Shown: positions 48,501-59,977 of the stretch, in pieces
How positions within the stretch are numbered: position 1 is the first letter of the stretch
Layout: every line of letters begins with the position of its first letter
Assembly (NCBI GenBank): GCA_002269645.1
Contig: NIVC01001997.1
Location: 1-64,000, forward strand
Reading direction: 5' to 3'
Source: Macrostomum lignano
Taxonomy: Eukaryota
Length of the DNA stretch: 64,000 nt
Made by a program: the position numbers and the translations under genes
Notes under the pieces: generated by a model
Databases searched by the model: none
What the model was told of the DNA's origin: nothing
Seen by the model: the letters and a program-made list of their open reading frames with translations, nothing else

Positions 48501-49023
48501 CCCTTCTTTTAAGATTCCTCACCTCCTCGGGTACCCCAGCCCTAGAATTATTCCTCTGTCAATCATGATAAAAGAGAAATTTAGACATTAGTTAAATGTT
48601 GAATTTCTAGAATCCCATATTTAGTTAACAGAATCTCTGGTGTTAGGATAAGGGAGACAGTAAAGCTTAGTTGTTAATTCGTGCTACTAAAGTAGCTAAA
48701 TAATGAATCGTGAGTAAAAAATATCCGCAGACCTGGCAGCTCTAATTGGTTGGCCAATTGTCACCGCAGTCTGCTGTCTACTACAGTATCGCTGCAATCG
48801 TAAGCTAGGCCTGGACCCCGGTAGTAGAGGCAATATCGAACCAGGATTCGAACCGACTCTGCCGTTGCCGCCTCCACCGCCAACCTCATCATTGGCTGCT
48901 GCTGCTGGTGCTGGTGACGGTGATGAGCGGCGTACCCGACAGAGGCTGTTAAATGTGTCTTTTATCGGCGATGGTGTCTTCAGGGACGGTGCTGGCGACA
49001 GAGCACCCCTAATCAGACAGTAG
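42585..49023 (+). CDS. TM7SF3: Transmembrane 7 superfamily member 3, ~619 aa, 6 exons
   Basis: Exons 42585-42663 (signal peptide MNLKLHFVLVYLFISTAALYTCLAIA), 45082-45969, 46253-46336, 46884-47227, 47913-48084, 48731-49023. Phases are consistent (1860 nt). Motifs EPLPGGC, LRYRLY, SAYAP, GLFLC.GFRF, FATPFG, and C-terminal GDRAPLI matching vertebrate GERTPLL. Confidence 0.88.
46420..46840. repeat. 34-bp array in TM7SF3 intron 3
   Basis: About 12 units of GATTGGGGATCAGGATTCGGGATAAGAATCCTCA. Confidence 0.95.
47237..47770. repeat. ~28-bp array in TM7SF3 intron 4 (reverse complement of the 10.2-10.6 kb family)
   Basis: GGAGGCTGGCCCAGCAACTGAGGATCTG units starting ~10 nt after the donor. Confidence 0.95.
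48170..48540. repeat. 17-18-bp degenerate array CCCCACCTCTTCGGATT in TM7SF3 intron 5
   Basis: Repeated GGATTCCC core. Confidence 0.85.
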
Positions 49024-49371
49024 TACCTGTATATTCAATATGACTGCTTTGTCTATCTAATAGAGTTTTTTAAGATCTCATATTTTTCTTATGCATATTT
49101 TATTTTGTTTATTGGTATTTATTAAAAACGTTTTTATGCAGACTTATTTTGTGTTATTCTTCTGCTTTCTAAAATATTCTCTATTTTTTTCCTCCAAGTT
49201 AAAAGTTTTGTTTTGAAATTTTATTTTATTTTTAAATCGGTCACTTAAGTTTGTATTGTTAAAATGCAACGAAATATAAGATTATATATATTCTATTGCT
49301 AAAAAGAAAATCTTGATTCCTTTTCTTGTGCTCTTTCACTGTACAAACATTTTTGTTGCGTTGGGTCTTTA

Positions 49372-51315
49372 GTCTCAGTCCTTCAGTTGATGTCATTACA
49401 GACACTCCAGTCCTTCAGTTGATGTCATTACAGACACTCCAGTCCTTCAGCTGCTGTCATTACAGACACTCCAGTCCTTCAGTTGATGTCATTACAGACA
49501 CTCCAGTCCTTCAGTTGATGTCATTACAGACACTCCAGTCCTTCAGTTGCTGTCATTACAGACACTCCAGTCCTTCAGTTGATGTCATTACAGACACCAC
49601 AGTCCTTCAGCTGTCACTACAGACACCACAGTCCTTCAGCTGTCATTACAGATACTCTAGTCCTTCAGCTGTCATTACAGATACTCTAGTCCTTCAGCTG
49701 TCACTACAGACACTCTAGTCCTTCAGCTGCTGTCACTACAGACACCACAGTCCTTCAGCTGTCACTACAGACACTACAGTCCTTCAGCTGTCATTACAGA
49801 CACTACAGTCCTTCAGCTGTCATTACAGACACTACAGTCCTTCAGCTGTCATTACAGACACTACAGTCTTTCAGCTGTCACTACAGACACTACAGTCCTT
49901 CAGCTGCTGTCATTACAGACACTCTAGTCCTTCAGCAGCTGTCACTACAGACACTACAGTCCTTCAGCTGCTGTCATTACAGACACTCTAGTCCTTCAGC
50001 TGCTGTCATTACAGACACTCTAGTCCTTCAGCTGCTGTCATTACAGACACTCTAGTCCTTCAGCTGCTGTCATTACAGACACTACAGTCCTTCAGCTGCT
50101 GTCATTACAGACACTACAGTCCTTCAGCTGTCACTACAGACACTCCAGTCCTTCAGTTGCTGTCATTACAGACACTCCAGTCCTTCAGCTGTCATTACAG
50201 ACACTCCAGTCCTTCAGCTGTCATTACAGACACTCCAGTCCTTCAGCTGTCACTACAGACACTCCAGTCCTTCAGCTGTCATTACAGACACTACAGTCCT
50301 TCAGCTGTCACTACAGACACTACAGTCCTTCAGCTGTCACTACAGACACTCCAGTCCTTCAGCTGTCATTACAGACACTCCAGTCCTTCAGCTGTCATTA
50401 CAGACACTCCAGTCCTTCAGCTGTCACTACAGACACTCCAGTCCTTCAGCTGTCATTACAGACACCACAGTCCTTCAGCTGTCACTACAGACACCACAGT
50501 CCTTCAGCTGTCATTACAGATACTCTAGTCCTTCAGCTGTCATTACAGATACTCTAGTCCTTCAGCTGTCACTACAGACACTCTAGTCCTTCAGCTGCTG
50601 TCACTACAGACACCACAGTCCTTCAGCTGTCACTACAGACACTACAGTCCTTCAGCTGTCATTACAGACACTACAGTCCTTCAGCTGCTGTCATTACAGA
50701 CACTCTAGTCCTTCAGCAGCTGTCACTACAGACACTACAGTCCTTCAGCTGCTGTCATTACAGACACTCTAGTCCTTCAGCTGCTGTCATTACAGACACT
50801 ACAATCCTTCAGCTGCTGTCATTACAGACACTACAGTCCTTCAGCTGTCACTACAGACACTCCAGTCCTTCAGTTGCTGTCATTACAGACACTCCAGTCT
50901 TTCAGCTGTCATTACAGACACTCCAGTCCTTCAGCTGTCATTACAGACACTCCAGTCCTTCAGCTGTCACTACAGACACTCCAGTCCTTCAGCTGTCATT
51001 ACAGACACCACAGTCCTTCAGCTGTCATTACAGACACCACAGTCCTTCAGCTGTCATTACAGACACTCCAGCCCTTCAGTTGCTGTCATTACAGACACTC
51101 CAGCCCTTCAGCTGTCACTACAGACACTCCAGTCCTTCAGTTGCTGTCATTACAGACACTCCAGTCCTTCAGCTGTCATTACAGACACTCCAGTCCTTCA
51201 GCTGTCATTACAGACACTCCAGTCCTTCAGCTGTCATTTCAGACACTCCAGCCCTTCAGCTGTCACTACAGACACTACAGTCCTTCAGCTGTCATTTCAG
51301 ACACTCCAGTCCTTC
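49372..51315. repeat. 29/32-bp array CAGACACTCCAGTCCTTCAGCTG(CTG)TCATTA
   Basis: About 1.95 kb. Fills almost the whole gap between TM7SF3 and the glutaredoxin-like gene. Confidence 0.97.
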
Positions 51316-51368
51316 GGCTTATCATCAAGTAGCTTCATGCCCCGAATTGTTTTCTGTCGTTCCACCAG

Positions 51369-51836
51369 CAGCCCAGTAGCGGTCGCTCAGGCGTGGTGCT
51401 ATTCTCAACCAGCCTGTCCACCGTGCGGGCCACCTACTCCGACTGTTTAGCTGTTCGGCGAATTCTTCACTGTTTGGGCGTTTCATTCGTCGAAAGAAAT
51501 TTGTGCAACGACAGCGAGGCAAGATCGGTGTGCTCGGGCAGGCAGGTGCCGCTTGTATGGGTTGAGCAGCTGGGCTGGTTGGGTGGTCGACGGGAGATTG
51601 AGCAGCTCAATGAGACTGGAAGATTAAGTCTGCTTCTGTCTGGGCATATTTGTCTGCAAGATCGGCGGCTAAAATTGATGAGAAGGCATCAACAGAAGCA
51701 GTCACAGAGAGTGAACTGGCAGCATAGAAGCCGCTGGTGCAGAAAATGCAACGGAACCGGTTTTGTGCCCGTGATTGAGAATCTGTGTCGACGGTGTACT
51801 TTTTGCGAGGCCACTGGTATTGTAGACTGTTATTAA
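51369..51836 (+). CDS. Glutaredoxin-domain, cysteine-rich protein (GRXCR-like); start codon not found in this exon
   Basis: VVLFSTSLSTVRATYSDC..VRRIL...ERN, VPLVWV..LGG..I..LNETGRL, CRKCNGTGFVP, CTFCEATGIVDC match the GRXCR pattern. The frame is closed upstream by TAG 51330-51332. A phase-0 acceptor CCACCAG ends at 51368. AATAAA at ~51992. Confidence 0.8.
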   Translation, partial: QPSSGRSGVVLFSTSLSTVRATYSDCLAVRRILHCLGVSFVERNLCNDSEARSVCSGRQVPLVWVEQLGWLGGRREIEQLNETGRLSLLLSGHICLQDRRLKLMRRHQQKQSQRVNWQHRSRWCRKCNGTGFVPVIENLCRRCTFCEATGIVDCY

Positions 51837-52089
51837 TTGTCGACTTTTACAGTCGTACAGCGATAACTGATAAGATGATTTTTCGAATTCTTTGTTGAAG
51901 CTTTTGAATTTTTTCTACTTGATTATTTTGCATTTGAACTGTTTGACTGACATCTCAATTAGATTCTTTTTTTGGCAACAAAATGCCTTCAATAAAGTTT
52001 TTGGCGTACTTAGCTCGTAGAGCGCAGTTTTGCAGGAAAACCTTTATTAAATAGAGGTTTAACTTGTGTTTATCATCGATCGAATAACG

Positions 52090-52265
52090 CTTATTGTGGG
52101 AGGCGGATAGAGAGTGGGTTTAGCGGCGGATAGAGGGTGGGTTTAGCGGCGGATAGAGGGTGGGTTTAGCGGTGGATAGAGGGTGGGTTGAGGGGTGGAT
52201 AGAGGTTGGGTTGAGGGGCGAATAGAGGGTGGATTGAGGGGCGGATTGAGGTTGAAATGAGGGGC
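52090..52265. repeat. 23-bp G-rich array GGCGGATAGAGGGTGGGTTTAGC
   Basis: About 7 progressively diverging units. Confidence 0.85.
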
Positions 52266-52549
52266 ATAATGGTAAAATAATGACTATATTAAGTAGACGT
52301 TACTACAGAACCATTACAATTTTCGGTTTGCAGTTTATAGCTGTAGTGCACAAAGTCGTTAGTTGTTTTTATTAAAAGCAGTGATTAAATATGATGCGTA
52401 ATAATTTAACTGCAGAAAGCATATTATACTTAAAGTAGTAGAGGGATTGTCGTTTTGTAGTTTTTTTCGAATTCTAAAACTCATCGTCCAAAGGAAATCT
52501 TGGCCACTACTTGTACATTGTACATGTTGTTTAAAAAATTGTCGGCTTC

Positions 52550-53707
52550 TCACTGTACTAGCATCTCAAACTCCATCATCGAGTAGTGCGTCCCAAATGG
52601 ATGTTTCCTTATTATGCCGTTTCTAGCTTGTGTGTTCAGAGCCTCAGGTGGGTTGTAGTATAAGCCGTTAGGGCTGTACATGTAGGTAGGTGCGTAGCAA
52701 TATGTAAACCACCAGCCTCCTTTGTAGTCGGAGCTGCAGTGATATGAACTTTCATCATTGTCAGAATCTAAGGTGCTGAACATGGCTCCATTGTGCGAAA
52801 CAAAATTGTCATACATGACAGGATCGCTGCCATGGAAACCGGAGACATTCAAACGGAACTTGTCGGCCTCGCTAGCCACGGAGAAGCTGGAGTAGTCGGC
52901 CCAGAACTCCGTGCCATTCCACAGCCTCATTCGCATGCGAAGTGCTCGACCAGACGGCCAGGTCAGAGAGTGCACAGCTCGCAGACCTGCAGTTGTCAAG
53001 CACAGCTCAATGCTGAGCAGCTCACAGCCACAGGAGGCCAGCGCTATCAAAAAGTGCATCAATACTGTCATGACCGCACTGCACTGCACTCACCGAGCCA
53101 GTGGTTCGTGTGGGCTCCCTCTCCGAAGCCGGCTGCGTACTCGGTCCAGTTGCGATAGAAGTCTGTCGAGTTGTCCACCCGACGCTGGATGCTGATCCAG
53201 CACTCGCTGAGTGACGTCACAAACACCTGCAGTGAGGCATTGAGAGCTGCGGTCAGGCAAGTGCTGTCAGTTACCTGGCTGTCAGGTGAGTCAGTGCACG
53301 CTTGCTACTCACCCTGATGCAGCACGGAGACTGGTGAGTGTGAGGCGTCAGTCTGCGACACACAGCGCCACTTCGGTTTGCTGGAATGCGAATTGAGCTC
53401 AGCTGGGTGAGCAGCTTCATCAGGTTTAAGGCATCGAGCATGCAGCCAGGACTCACTCACCCACGATGCACTGGGGCTGCTGAGCACCGTCTCGAGGGAT
53501 GAAGACCAGCAGCTGGTGAGCGAGCAGGTGCTTGGCAGCCTGTGCAGCGCACTGCAGCACATCGCTGGCTTGGTTGATGGAGGAGACGAAGAAGTGGCGG
53601 ATTTGACCGCCCGACCAGCTGCTGCTGTGCACCTCGAAGAGCTCAGCTCTGTTTTTAGCTACCGCAACTGGGATCATCACGGTTAGAAACAGCTTTGTAA
53701 TGATCAT
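52550..53707 (-). CDS. Secreted fibrinogen C-terminal domain (FReD) protein, ~308 aa, 4 exons
   Basis: Exons 53707-53461 (signal peptide MIITKLFLTVMIPVAVA), 53402-53313, 53246-53094, 52986-52550. Phases are consistent (927 nt). Motifs WISIQRR.DNSTDFYRNWTEYAAGFG, HWLG, HNGAMFSTLDSDND, GGWWF..C. Confidence 0.88.
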
Positions 53708-53788
53708 TTTCACGTTTAGTTGGTAATCAAAATTGTGCGTATAATAATATACGAATTCTGCTAAGCTGCTGCTGGCTGCATGAAACTG

Positions 53789-53794
53789 TTTATA
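53789..53794 (-). promoter_or_regulatory. Candidate TATA box of the FReD gene
   Basis: TATAAA on the minus strand ~82 bp upstream of ATG 53707. Confidence 0.35.
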
Positions 53795-54419
53795 TCTGTT
53801 TCGATCAGCTCCTCGGATGCTTTCATTTTGAAAGGTCTAGTATAGTAGTTAGTATTGAAGAGAAAAAATAGCCATTTGGCTTCAGTTCGTCATCGATCGG
53901 CACGCAATGGGACGTAAAGTGTTGTCTCAGTAACAATTGTCAATAACTCTTGACTTTCTTTGCTTGAGGTCCTATATGTTGGAGAAACGCATTCTGCTTT
54001 CATGCTTGCAGCTCTCGTGGTACCGGAGCGTGGCAAGGAAAATTCTCCCGATAGACCTCACTTTTGTTTTCTCATAAGTCTGACAATTGCAAGGTGACTT
54101 CATCCCAGACGCCGTGGCGTGGCGGGCATTCGCTGCACGACCTGACGCTTGTCGCTCATGGCACTGTGTTGATGAAATACAAAAAATATTCTTGGCAACA
54201 TGGCCGCTACTTGCTTCATGCCTATAGAATTTCTTTTGTTTTACGGTATTGATGCACGGCATTGAGGAAACCCTTGACTTGAATTGATCGACAATTGAAA
54301 TACAGCCCCCAGCTCGGGTTAAGTCCGATGCTGGCCGCAAGCATTTCCCGTTGGGCCCCTAAGCCTTTACAGTTTTGTATTGCAAACGACTACAGCTCAA
54401 GTCGATGCGGTGTGTACCT

Positions 54420-55130
54420 TTTCTCTCCTTCTCTCCTCTCCTCTCCTCTCCTCTCCTCTCCTCTCCTCTCCTCTCCTCTCCTCCTCTACTCTCTTCTTCT
54501 TTCCTCTTCTCCTTTCGTCTCCTCTCCTCTCCTCCTCTCCCCTCCTCTCCTCTCCCTCCTCTCCTCTCATCTCCTCTCCTCTCCTCTCCCCTCCTCTCCT
54601 CTCATCTCCTCTCCCCTCCTCTCCTCTCCTCTCCTCTCCTCTCCTCTCCTCTCCTCCTCTACTCTCTTCTTCTTTCCTCTTCTCCTTTCGTCTCCTCTCC
54701 TCTCCTCCTCTCCCCTCCTCTCCTCTCCCCTCCTCTCCTCTCATCTCCTCTCCTCTCCTCTCCCCTCCTCTCCTCTCATCTCCTCTCCTCTCCTCTCCCC
54801 TCCTCTCCTCTCATCTCCTCTCCCCTCCTCTCCTCTCCCCTCCTCTCCTCTCATCTCCTCTCCCCTCCTCTCCTCTCTCTCCTCTCTCTCCTCTCTCCCT
54901 CCTCTCCTCTCATCTCCTCTCCTCTCCTCTCCCCTCCTCTCCTCTCCCCTCCTCTCCTCTCCTCTCCCCTCCTCTCCTCTCCCCTCCTCTCCTCTCCTCT
55001 CCTCTCCCCTCCTCTCCTCTACCCTCCTCTCCCCTCCTCTCCTCTCCTCTCCTCTCCTCTCCTCTCCCCTCCTCTCCTCTACCCTCCTCTCCCCTTCCCC
55101 TCCTTTCCTCTCCTCTCCTCTCCTCTCCTG
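54420..55130. repeat. (CTCTC/CTCCT)n pentanucleotide pyrimidine tract
   Basis: About 700 bp almost purely C/T, with an internal ~180-bp duplication. Confidence 0.97.
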
Positions 55131-56954
55131 TGCTTTGTTCTAAATGGCCATATACTTCGTACGAGCTCTATATATTGCTGAACGGAAAGTTAACTTTCCC
55201 AGCTCATTTACAAACAGTAATTTTCACGCATCTAAAAACCTAGGCCGACTAAAGTAGGTAAATAAACGGGAAACTGTGTTTCTTGGAAAATCTTTCTTGA
55301 AGGCTCGATGTAGGAAAAAAATCTACGCATTTAATTTTAGTTTAACATACATAAGGGAAGAATTTTTATCGAAATCAGACCGATTTCCTGCTTTCAATAT
55401 GATACTTACTTGGTAATAAAAATAATAAAATATTGTTGTACCTGCTGTGCTTCTCCGGCTGTCTGGCACAGTGATTTGGGCTCTCCGTCTTCTCAACCGG
55501 AAGCCTTCTCGTAGCTCTTCTCGTGCTGCCACCAGGACCTTTCTGATTTCTGATCGAATGGTGCAAGTTCGAAGAAAATCGGTTGAGTCGTTTTTTTCTG
55601 AAATCGATCGCATACCTACCGACCATTTTTATTATATTGGCCGTCGCTTGCGGGGTCCCCGGGCAGAGTGCGCCATGCACTATTTTTAGAAACATGAGTC
55701 ACTCCTTTCCTTAGAGAAAGGAACTGGGCCTCAGGCACGTGATTTCCCTCGTAAACATATACCAACGAGTGCAGTAAACATCGTTGTCAGTACTCGTAAA
55801 CTGCACTTTAGCTTTAGGACTTCGCGAACTTTATGACTTGCTCACCAGCCACCAGAACGACCTCAGGACGATAATAAGACAGGAGCAGACCACAACAGAG
55901 ATGCCACAATGCCAGTGGCTGTTCGCAGGGGCTTCTTGTCGTAACGCCCTGGGCAACATTGTTCCACAGTTAACGGTTACTAAAGAGTCAATTCTGCCCA
56001 TTCCGCTGACTCCTGAGTGGTAGTTAATTAGTTAATGTTGTAGTTAATCTCTAAAACTTACGAGTCAGGCTCTAACAAAGTACCTGCACCTGGAGTAGAT
56101 TTTAAAGGTTAGATATTGTCAAATTAGGTGCCTGTGGCTCGAAAGCTTTAGTAGTCCAGAGAATTATCGAATAGAACTAATGCTATTCTGTATAGTGATT
56201 GCATGAAAGCAAGAGAAAAGTCAAGTTTTTAGGTGTATTCTGAGATTGTAAAAAAGCTTGTCAACTTTGCACAGGTTAAGCAAAATCTATACATTTTTAC
56301 TTAATCTATGCTCAGAGAGGTTGAAGGTACTAGAACAAGACTGGACTCAGCTATTCCGATTGCCTTAGCTTATCGTATTTGTGCGGTTGAAAAAAAGATC
56401 AGTTGAAAAAAAAGAGTTGCGTAAAACGGCTCAGTTAAAACAATTGCAGATGCACTTTAAACTTGACGCTGGTTCATTCCCTTATCTAATATCTAATTCT
56501 AACTTTTTGCTGGCTAAAAGTGGACCATAATATATTGGCTTCCAGGTAAATATTTTCGACAGCCAGAGGTGGCTGGCGCAAGCGTAAAAAGCCGCAATTA
56601 TCTCAATTAGATGCACCACCCTTATCTCTAAGAAGCCGGTTTTCCAGAACCGGTCCCTTGATTGCGCATGCAGTCAGCGAACCAAGTTTTCAACCTTTTT
56701 TAGCTCAATTCTTTCGTTGGGCCGATTTCCTCAGCTAGGGTTTCTTTCTTACTTGGTTTTGCTAAGTTGAAAAATGGTTAAAACAGGCGCGCACTTTAAA
56801 AAGGTTTAAAGCATTTTAAAAGAGCAATGAACTTTTAGCAATTAGTTCAATGTCATATCGCCAAACAATTACAATTACAACTTACCAGCAGGTGTTTTTG
56901 GGAATAGGCCCGGGGTCACTGATTTAAAAAGAGTAGTCACTAACACGGTCACAA

Positions 56955-59685
56955 ATTGGAACAGGGGTCGTTAATTGAAATAGGGGTTATTAAATGAAAC
57001 AGGGGACATTGCATGGAACAGGGGTCATTGCATTGAAAAGGGGTCATTGCATGGAACAGGGGTAATTTCATGGAATCGGGGTCACATTGAAACAGGGGTC
57101 ATTACTTGGATTGAAACAGGGGTCACAAATTGAAACAGGGGTCATTACTTGGATTGAAACAGGGGTCACAAATTGAAACAGGGGTCATTACTTGGATTGA
57201 AACAGGGGTCACAAATTGAAACAGGGGTCATTACTTGGATTGAAACAGGGGTCATTACTTGGATTGAAACAGGGGTCATTACTTGGATTGAAACAGGGGT
57301 CATTACTTGGATTGAAACAGGGGCCATTACTTGGATTGAAACAGGGGTCACAAATTGAAACAGGGGTCATTACTTGGATTGAAACAGGGGTCATTACTTG
57401 GATTGAAACAGGGGTCATTACTTGGATTGAAACAGGGGTCATTACTTGGATTGAAACAGGGGTCATTACTTGGATTGAAACAGGGGTCACTAATTGAAAC
57501 AGGGGTCGTTAATTGAAACAAGAGTCATTACATGAAACAGGAGTCATCGCATGGAACAGGGGTCATTGCATGAAACAGGAGTCATTGCATGAACAGGGTC
57601 ATTGCATGGAACAGGGTCATTGCATGGAACAGGGGTCATTGCATGGAACAGGGGTCATTACATGAAACAGGAGTCATCGCATGGAACAGGGGTCATTGCA
57701 TGAAACAGGAGTCATCGCATAGAACAGGGGTCATTGCATGAAACAGGAGTCATCGCATGGAACAGGGGTCATTGCATGAAACAGGAGTCATTGCATGGAA
57801 CAGGGGTCATTGCATGAAACAGGAGTCATCGCATGGAACAGGGGTCATTGCATGAAACAGGAGTCATTGCATGGAACAGGGGTCATTGCATGAAACAGGA
57901 GTCATCGCATGAAACAGGGGTCATTGCATGAAACAGGAGTCATTGCATGGAACAGGGGTCATTGCATGAAACAGGAGTCATCGCATGGAACAGGGGTCAT
58001 TGCATGAAACAGGAGTCATCGCATGGAACAGGGGTCATTGCATGAAACAGGAGTCATCGCATGGAACAGGGGTCATTGCATGGAACAGGAGTCATCGCAT
58101 GGAACAGGGGTCATTGCATGAAACAGGAGTCATCGCATGGAACAGGGGTCATTGCATGGAACAGGGGTCATTGCATGGAACAGGGGTCATTGCATGGAAC
58201 AGGGGTCATTGCATGGAACAGGGGTCATTACATGAAACAGGAGTCATCGCATGGAACAGGGGTCATTGCATGGAACAGGGGTCATTGCATTGAAAAGGGG
58301 TCATTGCATGGAACAGGGGTAATTTCATGGAATCGGGGTCACAAATTGAAACAGGGGTCATTACTTGGATTGAAACAGGGGTCACAAATTGAAACAGGGG
58401 TCATTACTTGGATTGAAACAGGGGTCACAAATTGAAACAGGGGTCATTACTTGGATTGAAACAGGGGTCAAATTGAAACAGGGGTCATTACTTGGATTGA
58501 AACAGGGGTCATTACTTGGATTGAAACAGGGGTCATTACTTGGATTGAAACAGGGGCCATTACTTGGATTGAAACAGGGGTCATTACTTGGATTGAAACA
58601 GGGGTCATTACTTGGATTGAAACAGGGGTCATTACTTGGATTGAAACAGGGGTCATTACTTGGATTGAAACAGGGGTCATTACTTGGATTGAAACAGGGG
58701 TCACTAATTGAAACAGGGGTCGTTAATTGAAACAAGAGTCATTACATGAAACAGGAGTCATCGCATGGAACAGGGGTCATTGCATGGAACAGGAGTCATT
58801 GCATGAAACAGGAGTCATCGCATGGAACAGGGGTCATTGCATGGAACAGGGGTCATTGCATGGAACAGGGGTCATTACATGAAACAGGAGTCATCGCATG
58901 GAACAGGGGTCATTGCATGAAACAGGAGTCATCGCATAGAACAGGGGTCATTGCATGAAACAGGAGTCATCGCATGGAACAGGGGTCATTGCATGAAACA
59001 GGAGTCATTGCATGGAACAGGGGTCATTGCATGAAACAGGAGTCATCGCATGGAACAGGGGTCATTGCATGAAACAGGAGTCATTGCATGGAACAGGGGT
59101 CATTGCATGAAACAGGAGTCATCGCATGAAACAGGGGTCATTGCATGAAACAGGAGTCATTGCATGGAACAGGGGTCATTGCATGAAACAGGAGTCATCG
59201 CATGGAACAGGGGTCATTGCATGAAACAGGAGTCATCGCATGGAACAGGGGTCATTGCATGAAACAGGAGTCATCGCATGGAACAGGGGTCATTGCATGG
59301 AACAGGAGTCATCGCATGGAACAGGGGTCATTGCATGAAACAGGAGTCATCGCATGGAACAGGGGTCATTGCATGGAACAGGGGTCATTGCATGGAACAG
59401 GGGTCATTGCATGGAACAGGGGTCATTGCATGGAACAGGGGTCATTACATGAAACAGGAGTCATCGCATGGAACAGGGGTCATTGCATGGAACAGGGGTC
59501 ATTGCATGGAACAGGGGTCATTGCATGGAACAGGGGTCATTGCATGGAACAGGGGTCATTGCATGGAACAGGGGTCATTGCATGGAACAGGGGTCATTAC
59601 TTGGAACAGCGGTCATTACTGGGATTGGAACAGGGGTCATTACTGGGATTGGAACAGAGGTCATTACTTGGAACAGGGGTCACTT
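56955..59685. repeat. Compound higher-order satellite: 24-bp ATTGAAACAGGGGTCATTACTTGG blocks alternating with 19-bp GCATGGAACAGGGGTCATT blocks
   Basis: Blocks A (~57085-57490, ~58340-58700) and B (~57520-58320, ~58735-59590). Block junction sequences recur at 1214-1257 bp spacing. Confidence 0.95.
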
Positions 59686-59869
59686 ACCGAATGAACCTGA
59701 ACAATATTCACACCCTGACTTAATATTAATTTTAAACTTCGTTCCGTTCAACTTCGGTGTGGCCAAGTCGCGCAGGAAACTACACGTAGAAAGCACGACT
59801 CAACATAGTGACATTCGATAAGAAACTGAGCAAACTGCGACTGAGCTGCCCTCGAAAGGCCCACTTGTG

Positions 59870-59877
59870 TATATAAG
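59870..59877 (+). promoter_or_regulatory. Candidate TATA box (TATATAAG) of the SLC22-like gene
   Basis: About 100 bp upstream of ATG 59978. Confidence 0.4.
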
Positions 59878-59977
59878 CGGATTTAGCACGGTTAACTTTC
59901 TATTCTACTACCAAAATTCGATCTCCTGAGAGCGTGAGCATTTTAGACCCCCCCCCTGATTATCTTTACCGAGCAGC

